Assembly (NCBI RefSeq): GCF_963921235.1
Contig: NC_086108.1
Span: forward strand, 15,438,001-15,502,000
Direction: 5' to 3'
Length of the DNA: 64,000 nucleotides
Source of the DNA: Mobula hypostoma
Lineage: Eukaryota
The notes beneath the pieces were generated by a model, which worked only from the letters and a program-made list of their open reading frames with translations, was not told where the DNA came from and made no database searches. Numbering within the stretch: position 1 is the stretch's first letter; every line of letters starts with the position of its first letter. The translations under genes and the position numbers were made by a program. This document shows positions 1 to 11,675 of this stretch, piece by piece.

Positions 1-376
1 CACTAATCACTGGCAGCCAACCAGAAAAGGATCCTTTTATTCCCACTCATTGCCTCCTTCCAATCAGCCAATACTCTAACCATGTTAGTAACTTTCTTGT
101 AATACCATGGACTCTTAACTTGGTAAGCAACCTCATGTATGGCAACTTGTCAAAGGCCTTCTGAAAGTTCAAATATACAACATCCACTGCGTCCCCTTTA
201 TCTATCCTACCTGTAATCTCCTCAAAGAATTCCAACAGGTTCGTCAGGCAGGATTTTCCCTGAAAGAAACCATGCTGACTTTGTACTATCTTGTTCTGTG
301 TCACCAAATACTCCATCACCTCATCCTTAACAATTGACTCTAACATCTTCCCAACCACTGAGGTCAGGCTAACTGG
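1..376 (-). mobile_element. CR1 LINE reverse-transcriptase fragment (continues off the window)
   Basis: ORF 47..358 contains QSQHGF..GKSCLTNLLEFFEE..DVVYL.FQKAFDK. Confidence 0.95.
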
Positions 377-841
377 TTGGGGGGGGGGTGGTCACCAGTG
401 GTATAGGCGTTGCACATACTGTTACCGTAGTCTAGTCTTGTCCCTTGTTGGTTACAATAACATACTTCACCCCTGTTCACATGAAGCAGCTTAAGCGTGG
501 GGGGGGCGATGGTGGGGGAGTTTATACACTCCATTGTAGGTGGGTTAATACTAATCCTGGAAACAGTTGCATTGACAGTACAGTTTCTTGGTTCCTTTAC
601 AGTTCTGGTTTCATTATCAAAGTAAAACGCTGAATCAAACTCACTATGATTGAGGAGAATAGGGCACATTGACAATCCACCTTCTGAATGTGTAGGTCCT
701 TAGAGCACACTCAACAACCTGACCAGTAAGTATGCGATGCATATTCATAACCGAATAAAGTGTTAGGAGTTTTAGTGTTGTGTATACTTCTGCATTTACG
801 CAGAAAATAGATACCCAGGTTACCCAAAACTTAGAATGCAT
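377..841 (-). pseudogene. Endogenous retrovirus env, 5' part (signal peptide + SU), frameshifted
   Basis: Directly downstream of the integrase. Hydrophobic N-terminus MHSKFWVTWVSIFCVNA, then C*VC (TGT TGA GTG TGC at 716-705, a decayed CWVC), then PTHSEGGLSMCPI. Several N-x-S/T sites (NHS, NET, NCT, NAT) and a Cys-rich CYCN..GNSMC stretch. Confidence 0.7.
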
Positions 842-888
842 ATTGGTTACTTAAGGTGGCAAATAGTAAAGATCAAGAGTTCATTCCA

Positions 889-2453
889 TCAGTTTATCAA
901 GCTCTGGTAATCTGCTCCCTGGTCTGGTGACATCACTGGCCTAATGTGCAAGGTTTGCATCCATGCTGGCTTTCCTTGGACCTTTAAAGCCGTCAAAAAG
1001 ACTTGGAATGGACCTTCCCAGCGTACTCCAGGCAGTTCTTTCATCAGTAGGCTCTCACCAGTACCCACACTCCTGGCTGATGGGTCTGACAGTGCAGTAG
1101 TCACGATCTTCTGGGGTTCAAGTACTTGTTGATGAAAACCTTTAAGATCTTATATTAGTTATAATAATGCACCATGTTTACACTCATAATAGGCTGGTCC
1201 TGGACTTATTTTCCATCTGGCATAGTTTGCATTTTGTTGTTTGATTGTTTGTGGTTTTTGTATTGCTGTATTTATGCTCTATTCTCGGTTGGTGCAGCTG
1301 TAACGAAACCCAATTTCCCTCGGGATCAATAAAGTTTATCTATCTATCTATCTATATATAATATGGCTATCCATCTGTTTAATTAAAAAGGGAGGGGTGA
1401 CTGCCAAGTGCATGGTTCATCTGGGGATAGGCCTGTCACACAGTTGGAGTGCAGTGCATTGCCATGACGGCCAGTAGAAGCATCTCTGGCCACTTCAGCT
1501 TGATCTTGTTGCACAACTAAGCTAACCTGTTTTTCGGGGTCCCATTCTGCCTTTCAGCTGCCCTGTGAGATTGAGGGTGGTAAGGGCAGGTGAAATGATG
1601 CTTACACTACAAGATTTTTGTCAAATCCTAGACAATTTAACCAATAATGTGAGGACTGTTATCACTTAAGATTATCTTGGGAATTCCAAAGCTAGGAATA
1701 AATTCTCATAATACAAGTTAACGCCAATTACAGCATCGTTTTTCTTGGTTGGGTAAGCTTTTACCCATGGAGAGAATAAACACAATAACAAGAATTTAAT
1801 CACAACCCATACAAAAGGAGATGCACAAAGGAGTTCTGGGGGAGGGCCCAGGAGTGGAAGATATTGGCAGCGTCTTTTGGGATTATGTCTCTGGCAAATC
1901 ATACATTTGCTGCTACTTTTCTTGATATGGTTGAGCATCTCTCATTTTCGATTATACCCATCATCCTTTATAGTTTTATACATATTGTGCTTTATTCCAT
2001 AAAAGTCTTTTCAGCTACAGATGCCACACACTGTAATTGTTCTGGTTCATTAAAAGAATTTGGAAAGTATTGGCAGCCTGATCACACTGGTTGTGTCCAT
2101 ATGGATCTGCTGTTGCTGCCTTAGTCAGCCCGTTTGTTCCCCCCAGTTATTTCATCGTTCCCGTTAGTATGAGCCACATAGTTTAAAGCAACAATTGGAG
2201 TAAGTAATTGAAAAGCAGGAAAAGATTCACTGTGTTTTATCAGAGTTCAGGAGAGGTGAGAAACCAACAAAAAAATAGTTTCCATTAATCTCCATTGTTA
2301 TGTGCAACACCTAAAGCTAAATGAGATTCAGTGCACCAGCTGCAAGGATGTTAAGGCAAAAAGATTCAGTTGCTTGTGCAGAACAAGAGGGAAGGCAGGT
2401 ACGCCATCTCAGCTGCTATATGAAGTACATACCCCGCAGTTCCACTAGGACTG
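889..2453 (-). pseudogene. Endogenous retrovirus pol remnant (RNase H + integrase), class I / epsilon-like
   Basis: RNase H pieces SAQATE, ALGVAH and VAHTNGNDEITGGNKRAD (~2120-2400). Integrase pieces CMICQRHNP, FSPWVKAYPT and PYHPQS..AERQNGT.KN.L, plus C-terminal RWEGPFQV.LTALKVQGKPAW. Confidence 0.88.
1195..1357 (+). mobile_element. Short LINE 3' tail (Rex/Babar-like) with (TCTA)n end, inserted in the ERV integrase
   Basis: Ends aatttccctcgggatcaataaagtttatctatctatc; flanked by similar ataataggct / ataatatggct. Confidence 0.65.
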
Positions 2454-3880
2454 ATAGAACATGGAACATAGAACACAGAATAGTACAGCACAGTACAGGC
2501 CGTCCAGCCCACAATGTTGTGCCGACCTTCAAACCCTGCCTCCCATATAAGCCCCCACCTTTGATTCCTCCATATACCTGTCTAGTAGTCTCTTAAACTT
2601 CACTAGTGTATCTGCCTCCACCACTGACTCAGACAGTGCGTTCCACGCACCAACCACTCTCGGAGTAAAAATCCTTCCTCTAATATCCCCCTTGAACTTC
2701 CCACCCCTTACCTTAAAGCCATGTCCTCTTGTATTGAGCAGTGGTGCCCTGGGGAAGAGGTGCTGGCTATCCACTCTATCTATTCCTCTTATTATCTTGT
2801 ACACCTCTATCATGTCTCCTCTCATCCTCCTTCTCTCCAAAGAGTAAAGCCCTAGCTCCCTTAATCTCTGATCATAATGCATACTTTCTAAACCAGGCAG
2901 CATCCTGGTAAATCTCCTTTGTACCCTTTCCAATGCTTCCACATCCTTCCTATAGTGAGGTGACCAGAACTGGACACAATACTCCAAGTGTGGCCTAACC
3001 AGAGTTTTATAGAGCTGCATCATTACATCGCGACTCTTAAACTCTATCCCTCAACTTAAGAAAGCTAACACCCCATAAGCTTTCTTAACTACCCTATCCA
3101 CCTGTGAGGCAACTTTCAGGGATCTGTGGACATGTACCCCGAGATCCCTCTGCTCCTCCACACTACCAAGTATCCTGCCATTTACTTTGTACTCTGCCTT
3201 GGAGTTTGTCCTTCCAAAGTGTACCACCTCACACTTCTCCGGGTTGAATTCCATCTGCCACTTCTCAGCCCACTTCTGCATCCTATCGATGTCTCTCTGC
3301 AATCTTTGACAATCCTCTACACTATCTACAACACCACCAACCTTTGTGTCGTCTGCAAACTTGCCAACCCACCCTTCTACCCCTACATCCAGGTCGTTAA
3401 TAAAAATCACGAAAAGTAGAGGTCCCAGAACAGATCCTTGTGGGACACCACTAGTCACAATCCCCCAATCTGAATGTACTCCCTCCACCACCACCCTCTG
3501 CCTTTTGCAGGCAAGCCAATTCTGAATCCACCTGGCCAAACTTCCCTGGATCCCATACCTTCTAACTTTCTGAATAAGCCTACCATGTGGAACCTTGTCA
3601 AATGCCTTACTAAAATCCATATAGATCACATCCACTGCACTACCCTTATCTATATGCCTGGTCACCTCCTCAAAGAACTCTATCAGGCTTGTTAGACACG
3701 ATCTGCCCTTCACAAAGCCACGCTGACTGTCCCTGATCAGACCATGATTCTCTAAATGCCTATAGATCCTATCTCTAAGAATCTTTTCCAACAGCTTTCC
3801 CACCACAGGCGTAAGGCTCACTGGTCTATAATTACCTGGACTATCCCTACTACCTTTTTTGAACAAGGGAACAACATTCG
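2454..3880 (-). mobile_element. Young 5'-truncated CR1 LINE (same family as 21310-22612 and 30597-34652)
   Basis: ORFs 3051..3866 (GVPQGSVLGP, KFADDTK) and 2529..3023; catagaa-type tandem tail at 2454. Confidence 0.97.
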
Positions 3881-4089
3881 CACTCCACTAAAATTTTTCC
3901 CAGTATTGGTTTGGAAGGAAAAGCCATCAAAGCAATATTACATGTGAGTTTATATCAGGTGACATTTTACGACAGACAGAATTAAAATTGTACAAGTTCT
4001 GAAGGACAGTTTGGGAATGGATTAATTAAACTGCATAGACTATAGTGCTGTGCTGGTGGTGGAGGCGGAAACCATCATCATAGTTTCCT

Positions 4090-4140
4090 TGGCCCAAGGG
4101 CATCTACAAGCCCAGTGACCAGGTTGTCCGCAAATGACTA
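4090..4140 (-). pseudogene. ERV gag nucleocapsid zinc-knuckle remnant
   Basis: Minus strand reads VICGQPGHWACRCPW (C-x4-H-x4-C part of a CCHC knuckle). It abuts the CR1 tail and rejoins sequence at ~7250 via a shared ctaa. Confidence 0.7.
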
Positions 4141-5231
4141 AGACCATAAGACGTAGGAGCAGAATTAGGCCATCTGGCTCATTGAGTCTGCTCCACCATT
4201 CAATCATGGCTGATCCTTTTTTTCTATCTCCTCCTCAATTCCAGTTCCTGGCCTTTTCCCCATCACCTTTGATGCCATGTCCAATCAAGAACCTATCAAT
4301 CTCTGCCTTAAATACACCGAACAACCTGGCCTCCACAGCTGCATATGGCAACAAATTCCACAAATTCACCACCCTTTGGCTAAAGAAATTTCTCTGCATC
4401 TCTGTTTTGAAAGGGCGCCCCTCTATCCTGAGACTGTGCCCTCTTGTCCTAGACTCTCCCACCATGGGAAACATCCTTTCCACATCTACTCTGTCTAGGC
4501 CTTTCAACATTTGAAAAGTTTCAATGAGATCCACCCTCATCCTTCTGAATTCCAGCGAGTATGGGTTCAGAGCCATCAAACGTTAGATGTGCTCTGAGCC
4601 CATACAATGCTCCACCAATCTGTGTATCATCGTATGATAACCTTTTCATTTCTGGAATCATCCTTGCGAACCTCTAGACCCTCTACAATGCCAGCATATC
4701 TTTCTAAGGTGAAGGGCCCAAAACTGTTTATAATTCTCAAAGTGAGGCCTCACCAGTGCCTGAGAAAGCCTCAGCATCACATCCTTGCTCTTGTATTCCA
4801 GACCTCTTGAAATGAGTGCTAACATGGCATTTGCCTTCCTCACCACCAACTCAGCCTGCAAGTTAACCTTCAGGGTGTTCTGCACAAGGACTCTAAGTCC
4901 TTCTTCATCTTAGATTCCTAGATTTTCTCCCTTTTTAGAAAATAGTCTGCACATTTATTTCTACTACCAAAGTGCATGATTATGTATTTTCCAACATTGT
5001 ATTTAATTTTCCACTTTCTTGCCCATTCTCCAAATCTGTCTAAGTCCTTCTGCATCCTACCTGTTTCCTCGACACTACCTGCCCCTCCACCAATCTGCGT
5101 ATCATCTACAAACTTGGCAACAAAGCCATCTATTCCATCATATAAATCATTTATTTACAGCATAAAAAGAAGTGGTCCCAACACCGACCCCTGTGAAACA
5201 CCACTAATCACTGGCAGACACCCAGAAAAGG

Positions 5232-5454
5232 GAGGGAGGGAACGTCGACTCAGACCATGAGAGGCCTGCGTTGGGCATTTTCATGCCTTACAAGGTGCAG
5301 ATTGGAAGTCTGTGGGGTGCCACTCCTCGCACAGACTAGAGCAATGTGTGATTAAGTGCCTTGCTCAAGGGCACAGACACACTGCCATAGCTGAGGCTCG
5401 AACTAGCGACCTTGAGATAACTAGATGAATGCCTTAACCACTTGGCCACGTGCC
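5232..5454 (-). mobile_element. tRNA-derived SINE with 13-bp TSD
   Basis: A box TGGCCAAGTGG, B box AGTTCGAGCC, body GTGCCCTTGAGCAAGGCACTTAA, (TCCC)n tail. TSD ca(c/a)ccagaaaagg at 5219-5231 and 5455-5467. Confidence 0.9.
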
Positions 5455-6787
5455 CAACCAGAAAAGGATCCTTTTATTCCCACTCGCTGCCTCCTACCAA
5501 TCAGCCAATGCTCTAACCATGTTAGTAACTTTCTTGTAATTCCATGGGCTTTTAACTTGGTAAGCAGCCTCATGTGTGGCACCTTGTCAATGGCCGTCTG
5601 AAAGTCCCAATATACAACATCCACTGTATCCCCTTTATCTATCCTACTTGTAATCTTCTCAAAGAATTCCAACAGGTTCATCAGGCGGGATTTTCCCTGA
5701 AGGAAACCATTCTGACTTTGTACTATCTTGTCCTGTGTCACCAAGTAGTCCATCACCTCATCCTTAACAATTGACTCTAACATCTTTCCAACCACAGAGG
5801 TCAGGCTAACTGGTCTATAATTTCCTTTCTGCTGTCTTCCTCCTTTTTTGAAGAGTGGAGTAACATTTGCAATTTTCCAGTCCTCTGGCACCATGCCAGA
5901 GTCCAATGGTTTTTGAAAGATCATTTTGAATGCCACCACAATTTCTAACACTATCTCGTTCAGAATCCTAGGGTGCAGTTCCTCTGGTCTGGGTGACTTA
6001 TGTACCTTTAGGTCTTTCAGCTTTTTGAGCACCTTCTGTCTTGTAACAGTAACTGCACCCACTTCTCTTACTTCACACACTACAACATCAGGCATACAGC
6101 TAGTGTCTTCCACAGTGAAGACTGGCGCAAAATACTCATTTAGTTCATCAGCCATCTCCTTGTCCCCCATTATTATTTCTCCTGCCTCATTTCTCTTTTA
6201 TTTTTAACATACTTAAAAATCTTTTATTATCTGTTTTGATATTATTTGCTAGTTTCATATTTCATCTTTTCTCTTCTAATGATTTTTTTTTAGTCACTCT
6301 CTGTAGGTTTTTAAAAAAAACTTCCCTATCCTCTATCGTTCCACTAATTTTTACTTTGTTGTATGCCCTTTCTTTTGCTTTTACAATAGCTTTGACTTCC
6401 CTTGTCAGCCACAGTTGTATTATTTTACCATTTGAGTATTTCTTCATTTTTGGAATACCCACCTCCTGCACCTTCCTCATTTTCCCCAGAAAAGCATGCT
6501 ATTGCTGCTTTGCTGACATCCCTGCCAGCAGCTTCTTCCAATTTACTTTGGCCCACTCTTCTGTCGTAGCACTGTAATTTCCCTTACTCCACTGACATAC
6601 TGCTACATCAGACTTTACTTTCTCCATATCAGATTTCAATTTGACACAATCATATTATGATCACTGGTTCCTAAGTTCTTTTGCCTTGAGTTGCCTAATG
6701 AACTCCGGTTCATTACATAACACCCAATCCAGTATAGTTGATCCCCTAGTGGGCTCAACGACAACTGCTCTAAAAAGCTATCTCTTA

Positions 6788-7130
6788 AGGCTGATTTATA
6801 TTTGTGCGTAATGATTTTTACATTTGTTTCTATGCCACTGTGTTGAGTTTCTTCGTGAGAGACATGGACGAGGAAATGCCTTTCAAATATTTTCGGATGT
6901 CAGCAGGTAGATTTGACGATTTAGTTCATCATCTCCAACCATTTATTTTGCATCAGTGTACAGACATGACGGAGAAAAGCAACTGGAAATGTGTAGGAGG
7001 AAATGCGATGCTAGCAAGCAGACCAATCACAGTTGTTGTGGTCTGCGTCGCTGCGACGCGTGAGTTACATTTTTGGGGAGGTGCATGTCACCCTATGGCG
7101 TACATTTGACGCAGAAGTATAAATTGGGCT
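6788..7130 (+). mobile_element. Internally deleted PIF/Harbinger DNA transposon
   Basis: 22-nt imperfect TIRs (aggctgatttatatttgtgcgt vs reverse-complemented agcccaatttatacttctgcgt, 17/22) with tta/tca flanks. Peptide [27 protein letters not shown] is typical of the Harbinger transposase N-terminus. Confidence 0.8.
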
Positions 7131-7769
7131 TCAGCCTTTCAACAGACTCACTCTCCTGAGATCTATTACCAACCTGATTTTCCCAGTCAGGTTAAAAACT
7201 CCCATGACTAACATAACTTTGCTATTTTGACTCGACTTTTCTATTTCTAAAGATATACCCTTCACAGACGTCCCTATGTTTACCACTTCTGTGCCCACTT
7301 TCTCATTTCCATGTTTGTTGAATCAGGGAACTGTAATGATAATACATTTAGAATAGTAATATCTAAACAACTATGCTGTTCAAAACAAAAATTACCAGTC
7401 ATGAGTGGGTCACATGAGCCATATATGTATATAGCAGGTACTGTTAAAACTGAAGTTTACAGTGAAATTTTAAGCAAAAGTTAATCTGGTAATGATTACC
7501 CAAAAATTGGTCATCATAAACTTAGTTAAATGTAAAACAAAGCTATGTTAAAATAACATTCAAACAGTATAGGACAGTTATCACAATGCTTTTAAAACAA
7601 TGTACAATATTGCCTTATGGTGAAGCAGCCTGGGAAGTCTCATACAATTATTGTCTCCATTCCCCTGAACAGTTTTAATCCTTTGATGTTGTACTTGCTT
7701 GTGGCAATATTGTAAAGCACTCACAATTTTACTTTGATGTTCTCATCTCACACAAGTAACACTATGTTT

Positions 7770-8470
7770 TCCTTTAACCTAGATTGCAACTGATTTACAA
7801 TAACGTTTATTAAGATGGGTGTCTCTGCTTCTAGAGTTAATCTGGAATACATTTGAAAGTATTTAATCACATGTTCTACATATTAATCCACACATGGTCT
7901 CCTGGCTGACACTGTTTTATGCCAATCTGCAACACAAGGGAAACATTTTCTTAAAGCTCCTATTAGATTAATTCAAGGTACATTAAAATCAACAATTTGC
8001 TCATCCCTCCTGCGCCCTTCACCTCCCGTCTCCCATAGTGCTGTTCGGAATCGCCGTCTGTGGCAGGGCACCAGATGACACTAGCCTCACCAAGTAATCA
8101 AGAGGCATCCCTTGGCATGGATTTTGTTGAAACCGTGCTTGGGGAAGGCAGGGTTACGGCATCTAGTTCATTCTCAGACTCTAGTATTAATTGTTTCTTT
8201 TCAAACACTGAGGTAGACACTATTATACTTTGCCTGTTCTTTCTGTGTCTTTTCCTCCTTTGATTTCCGCTCACTTTGACTGTATTTTTACAGGATTTAT
8301 CCAACTGTTTTTGCATTTCACATCTACATAGAACAAACTCAGGCCACCCTACAGTCTCACATTTTCCTTTCTCTAAGAATACATGTGCAGACACTCATTT
8401 AGTCCATTCCACACGCTTCAATTTACTTCCCAACATGCTTAATGCTTTCTGGTACAAGCACATACTGGGA
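7770..8470 (-). pseudogene. ERV gag matrix/capsid remnant
   Basis: GALRKCFPCVADWHKTV....VD*YVEHVIKYFQMYSRL....ILINVIVNQLQSRLKE resembles the capsid major-homology region (~7770-7960). Upstream ORF 8098..8394 has GWPEF. Colinear with the knuckle, pol and env remnants. Confidence 0.6.
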
Positions 8471-8620
8471 TCCTTTAGAGGTCCGAGACAGGCATGCTAC
8501 CAATCACACACACTCTCCCTCACACCTTCACACTCTCTTTCACACACACTCATTCTTCGGAATTCCTTTTTTTAAGCAACACACTTTCCAAATTTTCCTG
8601 TGCTTTGTGCTGGATCTGAT

Positions 8621-8770
8621 CTGGACCACGGCAACACCTCATGTGGGACACCAATCCAGACCACAGCAGCTCATGCAGGATGTCAGTCAGACTACAGCAA
8701 CTTTGTGTAGAACACCACCTGGACCACAGTAACCTTGTGCAGGACACTACCTAGACCATGGCAACCCTGT
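8621..8770. repeat. Degenerate ~32-bp tandem repeat, ~4.5 copies
   Basis: Units start at 8621, 8656, 8687, 8719 and 8751 with c(t/c)(g/a)gacca(c/t)(a/g)gcaac..tgtg.aggacac.ac. Confidence 0.75.
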
Positions 8771-9244
8771 TTTAATGCTGCAGCTTTTCTACATCGGCGA
8801 CTAAGGTGTTGGTGTACCTTGACTACTCCACACATGAGGAAATTTGTGTTCCAATGTCAGACTCAGTCCCTTATTCATATATGAGCAGCAGAGGATTTAA
8901 GACTGATTGACTAGTGGGGCTGAATTCCTTTCTCCCATATAACCAAGCCAAGTGTTAGCCATCTCGGTGGCCACATCCTTCTGTTATTCTTATCACCCAG
9001 TGATTTGCTGATCTCTGCCTCAGAACCCAATGTCAGGCTGTCTTTCAGGAGAGTGAATCCTTGCAAGGTGGCAGGCCCTAGTGAAGAGCCTGGTAAGTCT
9101 CTGAAAACTTGTGCCAACCAACTGGCAGGAGTATTCAAGGAAGGTTGGAAGTTTCCAGCTGCTTCAAAAAAGGTAATAATTAGACCAGTGCCTAAGCAGA
9201 GTAGTGTGAGCTGCCTTAATGACTATTGTCCAGTAGCATTCACG

Positions 9245-9711
9245 TAGAAACACAGAAAACCTACAGCACAATACAGTCCCTTCAGCCCACAAAGCTGTGC
9301 CGAACATGTCCTTACCTTAGAAATTACCTAGGGTTACCCATAGCCCTCTATTTTTCTGAGCTCCATGTACTTATCCAGGAGTCTCTTAAAAGACCTTATC
9401 ATATTCGCCTCCACCACCGTTGCCAGCAGCCTATTCCATGCACTCACCACTCTCTGCGTAAAAAAAAAACTTACCCCTGACATCTCCCCTGTAGCTACTT
9501 CCAAGCACCTTAAAACTGCATCCTGTCTGTTAGCCATTTCAGCCCTGGAAAAACGCCTCTGACTATCCACACAATCAATGCCTCTCATCATCTTATACAC
9601 CTCTAACAAGTCACCTCTCATCCTCTATCGCTCCAAGGAGAAAAGGCCGAGTTCACTCAACCTATTCACATAAGGCATGCTCCCCAATCTAGGCAACATC
9701 CTTGTAAATCT
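9245..9711 (-). mobile_element. CR1 3' fragment
   Basis: ORF 9334..9621 (RGDLLEVYKMMRGID..FFTQRVV.AWN). Confidence 0.92.
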
Positions 9712-11675
9712 TTCCTTTTCAATATTTTTATTAGTTTCTACATAGAAGAATACAGAGTACAAGAAAGTACATATGAAAGGTAAAAAATGATAAGAAAAAA
9801 ACTACCAATTACATTGTACCTATTCATAATAACAATCTCATTACCCCGTATTCATGTAGATTAGTCAATAGATATATTGAAATACACTAATTTATTACAA
9901 AAAAAGAGTCTAACCTCTACCAAGACCGAAGCTGTTTACTAAGGAGAAAAAAAGGCAAAATATCTTCTTGTATAGTAAAAAAATTAATAATAGCCAACAT
10001 CTAAATTTAAACAACAAATTGAGGGCATTGAAAGTTCTGAAAATAATTCAGAAAGGGTCTCCACAATGTTTGAAAGTCTTGATGAGATTCAGAAATTGAA
10101 CAACGAATCTTCTCTAAACCTAAGCATGACATAATGTCACATAACCATTGAGCATGAGTAGGAGAAAAAACAGCTTTCCGTTTAAACAAAAGCGCTCTCC
10201 TAGCTGTAAGAGAGCTAAAGGCCAAAATATGTAAATCAGATGTCTTCAGCTTGATATCTTGTCCTGCAACAATATCGAATAGGGCCGTCAAAGGATTAGG
10301 CTTAAAATTGACTTTGAAAAGTAAAGAAAAAGTTTGAAAAACTTTCTTCCAATATTTTTCAAGACATGGACAAGTCCAAAACATATGAATTAATGAAGTT
10401 TCTCCATTATTATATCTGTCACAGTAGGGAGATATATCCAAATAAATACGAGATAGCTTATCTTTAGTTATATGGGCTGTATTTACCACCTTAAATTGTA
10501 TGAGGGAATGGCGAGCACACAGTGATAAAGTATTAACCAGTTTAAAAATTTCATTCCAAGTTTCCTCAGATATTGATGTCTATGAATCTTGTTCCCAGAG
10601 ATTCTTAATTTTGTCTAAAGGAACATTCTTCGTCTCCAGTAACATACCATAAATATTAGATATTGAACCTTCATGAAAAAGTGTCAAATTAAAAATTACA
10701 TCTAGTAAGTTCTTATCTGAACTTACAGGAAATGTGCATAACTGAGATCTTAGAAAGTCTCTGATTTGTAGATATCTAAAAAAGTGAGTTTTGGGTAAGT
10801 TGTATTTAGCTGATAATTGCTCAAATGAAAAAAGATTTCCTCCAACAAATAGATCCCAAAAACATTTAATACCCAACCTGTCCCATTCTTTAAAAACTAA
10901 ATCAGTCATGGAGGGTTTAAAAAAATTAAGAATAAATGGGGCTAGAAAAGGAAAATCTCAATAAACCAAAATGTTTTCTAAACTGTATCCAGATCCTTAG
11001 AGTATGTTTAACTACTAAATTATCAATTAGTTTACTTACAAATAAAGGAAGTGAGGATCCAAGAAGAGAAATAATAGAAATTAACAGTTAGCTTCTAAAG
11101 AAACCCATACCGGACAGTCTACATGATTAATATAGTCAAAACGTAAGATATCGTATATTAACTGCCCAGTAATAGAACCTAAAATTAGGATAGGCTAAAC
11201 CTCCAGACTTTTTAGGTTTTTGAGGATGGATTTTATTTAAACGAGGATGTTTATTTTTCCATATATAGGAGGATAAAATAGATTCAAGAGAATCATAAAA
11301 GAATTTAGGAATAAAAACGGGTAAGGCCTGAAAAAGATATATAAATTTAGGTAGAATATTCATTTTAATAGAATTAATTCGTCCAATCAGTGAAAGCGGT
11401 GACCAATTTAATGATACCTTTTTTACGTAGTTCAATAAAGTAAGCAAGTTTTCTTTAAACAGGTGTTTGTAATTCTTAGTGACTGTTACACCCAAATAAA
11501 TAAATTGATTCCTTACAATTTTAAAAGGGAGATTAGTATTAATTGATACCAAATTATTTAAAGGAAATAATTCACTCTTATGTAGGTTCAATTTATGTCC
11601 TGAAAACTGGCTAAAACGGGAGAGTAAAGAAAGTACGCAAGGTAACGAGGTCTCAACAAAGTGGGTGATACCTCT

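Larger units (their letters stand above)
4141..7246 (-). mobile_element. CR1 LINE ORF2 (end of endonuclease + RT + 3' UTR), degraded, with nested SINE and Harbinger
   Basis: ORFs 5421..6170, 4658..4885, 4235..4579 and 6262..6480 are all CR1 ORF2 pieces; agaccataagac tail at 4141. Confidence 0.95.

Noticed and set aside
5380..5454. tRNA gene (also 25330-25411 and 46915-46990)
   Set aside because: A and B boxes are present but there is no complete cloverleaf; each continues into a SINE body, so these are SINE heads.
8621..8770. CRISPR-like array
   Set aside because: Adjacent degenerate units with no unique spacers, no cas genes, and a vertebrate context.
8955..8980. ERV primer-binding site (TGGCCACCGAGATGG on the minus strand) and 5' LTR
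   Set aside because: I could not match it to a tRNA 3' end or find an adjoining LTR terminus.
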